Source of the DNA: an uncultured Alphaproteobacteria bacterium
GTDB lineage: Bacteria; Pseudomonadota; Alphaproteobacteria; Rhodobacterales; Rhodobacteraceae
Reading direction: 5' to 3'
Assembly: GCA_902573735.1 (NCBI GenBank)
Contig: CACGLH010000006.1
Location: forward strand, 13,282 to 77,281
DNA length: 64,000 nucleotides
The translations under genes and the position numbers were made by a program. The notes under the pieces were generated by a model that saw only the letters and a list, made by a program, of their open reading frames with translations, did not search any database and was not told the DNA's origin. This document shows, one piece after another, positions 62,489 through 64,000 of this stretch. Position 1 is the first letter of the stretch. Each line of letters begins with the position of its first letter.

Positions 62489-63682
62489 ATGATACTTTAT
62501 ATTTTTCCAATTGTTTGTGCTTCTATTATAGTAGCTGTAAGTTTTGGTAGTCGCCAAATACTTCCGTTGAGTATAGATGGCATTACTACAGATACGGCAT
62601 TAGATTACATAACTCTAAGCTTTGCCTTTGCAGTTGGACAAGTAATGTGGGGTTTTGCAAATTATGTAGGAGGAATGATTGCTGACAAGTTTGGGGACGA
62701 AAAAGCATTATTCCTAGGTATAGTATTGTCTGCTTTTGGCTGTTTTCTCATCCCATATTGTAATTCTACTTTAGAAATAGTAATTGCGGTAGGACTACTT
62801 TCAGCTGGAGGATCTGGAATTGCAGGATTAGCTGTTGCAATGTCTGCAGTTAATAAAAAAGTACCTGAAAAAAAAGCGGGTATTGCATTTGGAATATTGA
62901 ATGCTGGAGGATCAGTTGGACAAACACTTTTGGCTCCTCTAGCTGTAATAATAATTATAAATTATGGGTGGATATTTGCACTTAATTGTTTAGCAACATT
63001 ATTACTTTTGACTTTACCTTTCACTTATTTTTTAAAGAATGAAAAGCCAAAAATAAAACCAGTCAATAGTGATGATAAAGTAGACATTTTTGGAATGATT
63101 AAATTAGCCTTTCAAACTCCAAGCTATAACTTTCTAGCATTAGGATTTTTTACTTGTGGGTTTCATGTAGCCTTTATATCAACACATATGCCTGGTGTAA
63201 TTGCATATTGTGGACTTCCTACCTCTTTGACTGGGTGGTCTTTAGCCTTTATTGGTTTATTTAATATTTTGGGTAGTCTATTTGCTGGTTGGTATATTTC
63301 TTCGAGAAGTAAAAAGTTATTTTTATCATCAATTTATTTTTCTAGGGCTTTGATTATAATTCTTTTTTTGATTTCACCTAAAACTGAATTTGTATTTCTT
63401 ATTTTTTCTGCTCTTTTAGGGGTAACATATTTATCCACGGTTCCACCAACTGCAGCTTTAGTAACTAAAATGTTTGGGCCTAGTTGTATGGGTACTTTAT
63501 TTGGAATTGCTTTATTTTCTCATCAAATAGGCGCTTTTTTTGGCGCCTATTTAGGTGGTTATTTTTTTACTATTACAGGTGAATATACTTTTGTGTGGTT
63601 AATAGACATAATTTTAGCTATCTTTGCTGCTATAATACACTTGCCTATTAAGGAAAAATTAGTAACTGCTAGAACTATATGA
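62489..63682 (+). CDS. MFS transporter
   Basis: G.RQ, G.IADKFG, GS.GQ, GFFTCGFHVAF, TVPPT..L, HQIGAF.G; ~12 TM. Confidence 0.92.
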   Translation: MILYIFPIVCASIIVAVSFGSRQILPLSIDGITTDTALDYITLSFAFAVGQVMWGFANYVGGMIADKFGDEKALFLGIVLSAFGCFLIPYCNSTLEIVIAVGLLSAGGSGIAGLAVAMSAVNKKVPEKKAGIAFGILNAGGSVGQTLLAPLAVIIIINYGWIFALNCLATLLLLTLPFTYFLKNEKPKIKPVNSDDKVDIFGMIKLAFQTPSYNFLALGFFTCGFHVAFISTHMPGVIAYCGLPTSLTGWSLAFIGLFNILGSLFAGWYISSRSKKLFLSSIYFSRALIIILFLISPKTEFVFLIFSALLGVTYLSTVPPTAALVTKMFGPSCMGTLFGIALFSHQIGAFFGAYLGGYFFTITGEYTFVWLIDIILAIFAAIIHLPIKEKLVTARTI

Positions 63683-63728
63683 TAACTTGTTATATTGACT
63701 TAATTTTTAAAAGTTATTTGAGGTAATT

Positions 63729-64000
63729 ATGCTCTCTAAAGAGTTACAATCAGCAAGTCAAATAGTAGCACTGGTGGGGCTTTTTTTCTCAATATTAATG
63801 TTTATACCTTGGTTAGCATCGTTTGCTGCTGGTTGGAAAGGTGGAGATCATTTTCTATGGTCTGGTCTCACCTCTGGTTTTGGATGTATTCTCGTTTTGT
63901 TAGCTACTAGAGGAGAAACACCAAAAATATCAGCAAGATTTGGAATATTAGTAGTTAATTTTCTTTGGTGGGTGGTTCCATTGATATGTGCTATACCTTT
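63729..64000 (+). CDS. Probable TrkH-family potassium uptake membrane protein (3'-truncated by window edge)
   Basis: Open frame MLSKELQ..VGLFFSILMFIP..F..SG..R.G.L.V...W......AIP resembles the TrkH N-terminus; not in ORF track. Confidence 0.6.
   Translation, partial: MLSKELQSASQIVALVGLFFSILMFIPWLASFAAGWKGGDHFLWSGLTSGFGCILVLLATRGETPKISARFGILVVNFLWWVVPLICAIP

Overview
Core-genome stretch of a very AT-rich (roughly 25-30% GC by eye), gene-dense alphaproteobacterium. Gene content and order point to a streamlined Rhodobacterales lineage, probably marine: argS-SPOR-scpAB, yceD-rpmF-plsX-ihfA-merR-tRNA-Pro, glyQ-DUF6446-glyS-ppdK-SleB-folB-folP-glmM, purA-thiN-sdaA-rpiA-gor-hflKC-degP-fdx-purD-xseA-ftsY, ccmABCDG. 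It holds about 63 CDS and two tRNAs (Pro-GGG, Ser-GGA); I see no rRNA, CRISPR array or transposase. Points of interest: (1) an operon-like DUF2182-DUF1326-ccr-PLP enzyme block of unknown function; (2) a compact furan-fatty-acid-type ufaD-ufaO-ufaM-MFS operon with no adjacent rpoE/chrR; (3) a PPDK homologue with an eroded ATP-grasp domain but intact phospho-His and PEP domains; (4) a HAD phosphatase wedged between folB and folP; (5) an integrase-less ~3.3 kb islet at tRNA-Ser, bounded by a 26-bp att-like repeat. The islet carries an RTX/Ig-repeat protein gene broken by one in-frame TAA, a second tRNA-like fragment and a truncated HGGxSTG-type gene; (6) unusually frequent TTG starts. All calls come from motif recognition and remembered synteny; no searches were run.
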